A stretch of DNA of 64,000 nucleotides from an uncultured bacterium (GTDB lineage: Bacteria > Bacteroidota > Rhodothermia > Rhodothermales > UBA10348), in contig CALIKL010000023.1 in NCBI GenBank assembly GCA_938018055.1, positions 4,837 through 68,836 on the forward strand. Direction: 5' to 3'. Below, one piece after another: positions 61,532-64,000 of this stretch (position 1 is its first letter; every line of letters starts with the position of its first letter). The notes under the pieces were generated by a model. It did not search any database and was not told the DNA's origin. It saw only the letters and a list, made by a program, of their open reading frames with translations. The position numbers and the translations under genes were made by a program.

Positions 61532-62041
61532 TTACCAATTGGACGTCGCCGCCGTGAAGACATCATCGGCCACTTTCTCCAGTGCGGCAAAGGCTGCCGT
61601 CTCCTCTTGGGAAGGGTCAAATGGGTCATACTCTTCGAATGCTGAGAACGTGCGGCCAACCAGTTCGACATCGTTTACCTGGTCCTGATAGGCAACGCGC
61701 GCCGAAATCGTGACACGGTTACGGGTGGCTTGCTCTTGGCCAGAAACCGAGGTCGGTTGGTTTTGATACCGTATGATGGTGACCGTCAGCAAGGCATCTG
61801 CACTCGACTCATTGGTCTCCAGACTCAGGCGTGTTTGTCGAACAAACCGGTCCACGAGTAACCGGGTAAGCTCGTCGTCGAGCCCTGTCAGCGTGGATAC
61901 CGTGTTGTCTTCCACAAGCGGTACCGCAATAGTTGACAGGTGCTCGGGAATGGTCGCACCCGTGAAGCTGTAATACGCACAGCCAGCAGCTCCGAGGGAC
62001 AACAGGAATACCACGATCAATGCACGAATCCGCGCTACCAT
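61532..62041 (-). CDS. lptE: LPS assembly lipoprotein LptE family
   Basis: Lipobox AAGC followed by YSFTGA; synteny with the sigma54 activator and TPR gene. Confidence 0.8.
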   Translation of the reverse strand: MVARIRALIVVFLLSLGAAGCAYYSFTGATIPEHLSTIAVPLVEDNTVSTLTGLDDELTRLLVDRFVRQTRLSLETNESSADALLTVTIIRYQNQPTSVSGQEQATRNRVTISARVAYQDQVNDVELVGRTFSAFEEYDPFDPSQEETAAFAALEKVADDVFTAATSNW

Positions 62042-62117
62042 CACGGGTAAACACACAGCGCCGTCTACCGGGCAATCACCGTGCTGCGTCGAACGGCCCA
62101 ACGCATTCTGATTCAGG

Positions 62118-63401
<1,284 letters not shown>

Positions 63402-63412
63402 GGGAAGCCTCC

Positions 63413-64000
63413 TCAGACGCGTCCGATGGGCTCAGCAATCAGCGTTGCCGATGTGCAATCGGTCACGCGGACTTTCACATACTCCCCTTTCTGGAAATCC
63501 ATCCGGTCGAAGACCGCCATCTTGTTGGTGTCTGTCCGACCCGACATCTGCTCGTCGCTTCGACGGCTGGTACCTTCAACAAGCACAACATGCTCGCTGC
63601 CGATTTCAGCCCGGTTGCTTTCGAGCGAGATACCTGCTTGCAATTGAATGATCTCGGTGAGGCGGCGTTTTTTCACCTCCTCGGGAATATTGTCCTCGTA
63701 TTTCCGTGCTGCGTATGTGTCCGGGCGCTCGGAATAAATGAACATATAGGCGTGGTCATAACGGACCTGCTCCATCAGCGACAAGGTATCGCGGTGCTCT
63801 TCCTCCGTCTCATCACAGAACCCGGCGATGATGTCCGTACTGAAGGAGATTCCCGGTACAATCTGCCTGGCGCGCTCGACTAGTTCCAGGTACTGCTCGC
63901 GACTGTAGGTGCGTCGCATACGCTGCAGCATCTCCGTATTACCATGCTGGACGGGCAGATGGATATAATTGCAGACGTTGTCGCGCTCGGCGTGAACACG
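63413..64000 (-). CDS. miaB: tRNA-2-methylthio-N6-dimethylallyladenosine synthase, 5' partial
   Basis: [17 protein letters not shown] and YSERP.T.A motifs; C-terminal TRAM domain GRTDTNK. Confidence 0.93.
   Translation of the reverse strand, partial: RVHAERDNVCNYIHLPVQHGNTEMLQRMRRTYSREQYLELVERARQIVPGISFSTDIIAGFCDETEEEHRDTLSLMEQVRYDHAYMFIYSERPDTYAARKYEDNIPEEVKKRRLTEIIQLQAGISLESNRAEIGSEHVVLVEGTSRRSDEQMSGRTDTNKMAVFDRMDFQKGEYVKVRVTDCTSATLIAEPIGRV

Overview
GC-rich bacterial chromosome segment, mostly housekeeping genes. The gene content and order point to the Bacteroidota/Rhodothermota superphylum, most likely a Rhodothermales-like organism (inference). Supporting features are stand-alone atpD-atpC with the Bacteroidota/Chlorobiota-type beta-subunit insertion, miaB-sigma54 activator-lptE-TPR synteny, DUF3276, DUF3109, bshC/bshB1, and TAnnTTTG promoter elements. 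About 55 CDSs are recognisable, including hisC, bshC, leuS, bshB1, efp-accB-accC-gcvH-guaA, bamD-nadD-nagZ, rnc, gcvP, rpoN, ruvB, atpDC, sbtAB, chrA, thiL, anmK, lptE and miaB. I see no rRNA, tRNA, CRISPR array, integrase or IS. Best leads: (i) a candidate minus-strand sRNA at about 27.40-27.52 kb with a three-way junction, an ACCUCCUCC anti-Shine-Dalgarno loop and a terminator; (ii) a metal-related divergon (DUF305/CopM-like and LVIVD lipoproteins versus an exported CbiX-like chelatase) around a near-perfect 21-bp operator; (iii) an acylating aldehyde dehydrogenase with a microcompartment-type tail but no shell genes nearby; (iv) a structured, terminator-containing gcvP leader that is not a recognisable glycine riboswitch; (v) SbtAB in an apparently heterotrophic context; (vi) an HTH-less TetR-like protein coupled to an ABC1 kinase. 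All calls come from reading motifs by eye; no searches were run.
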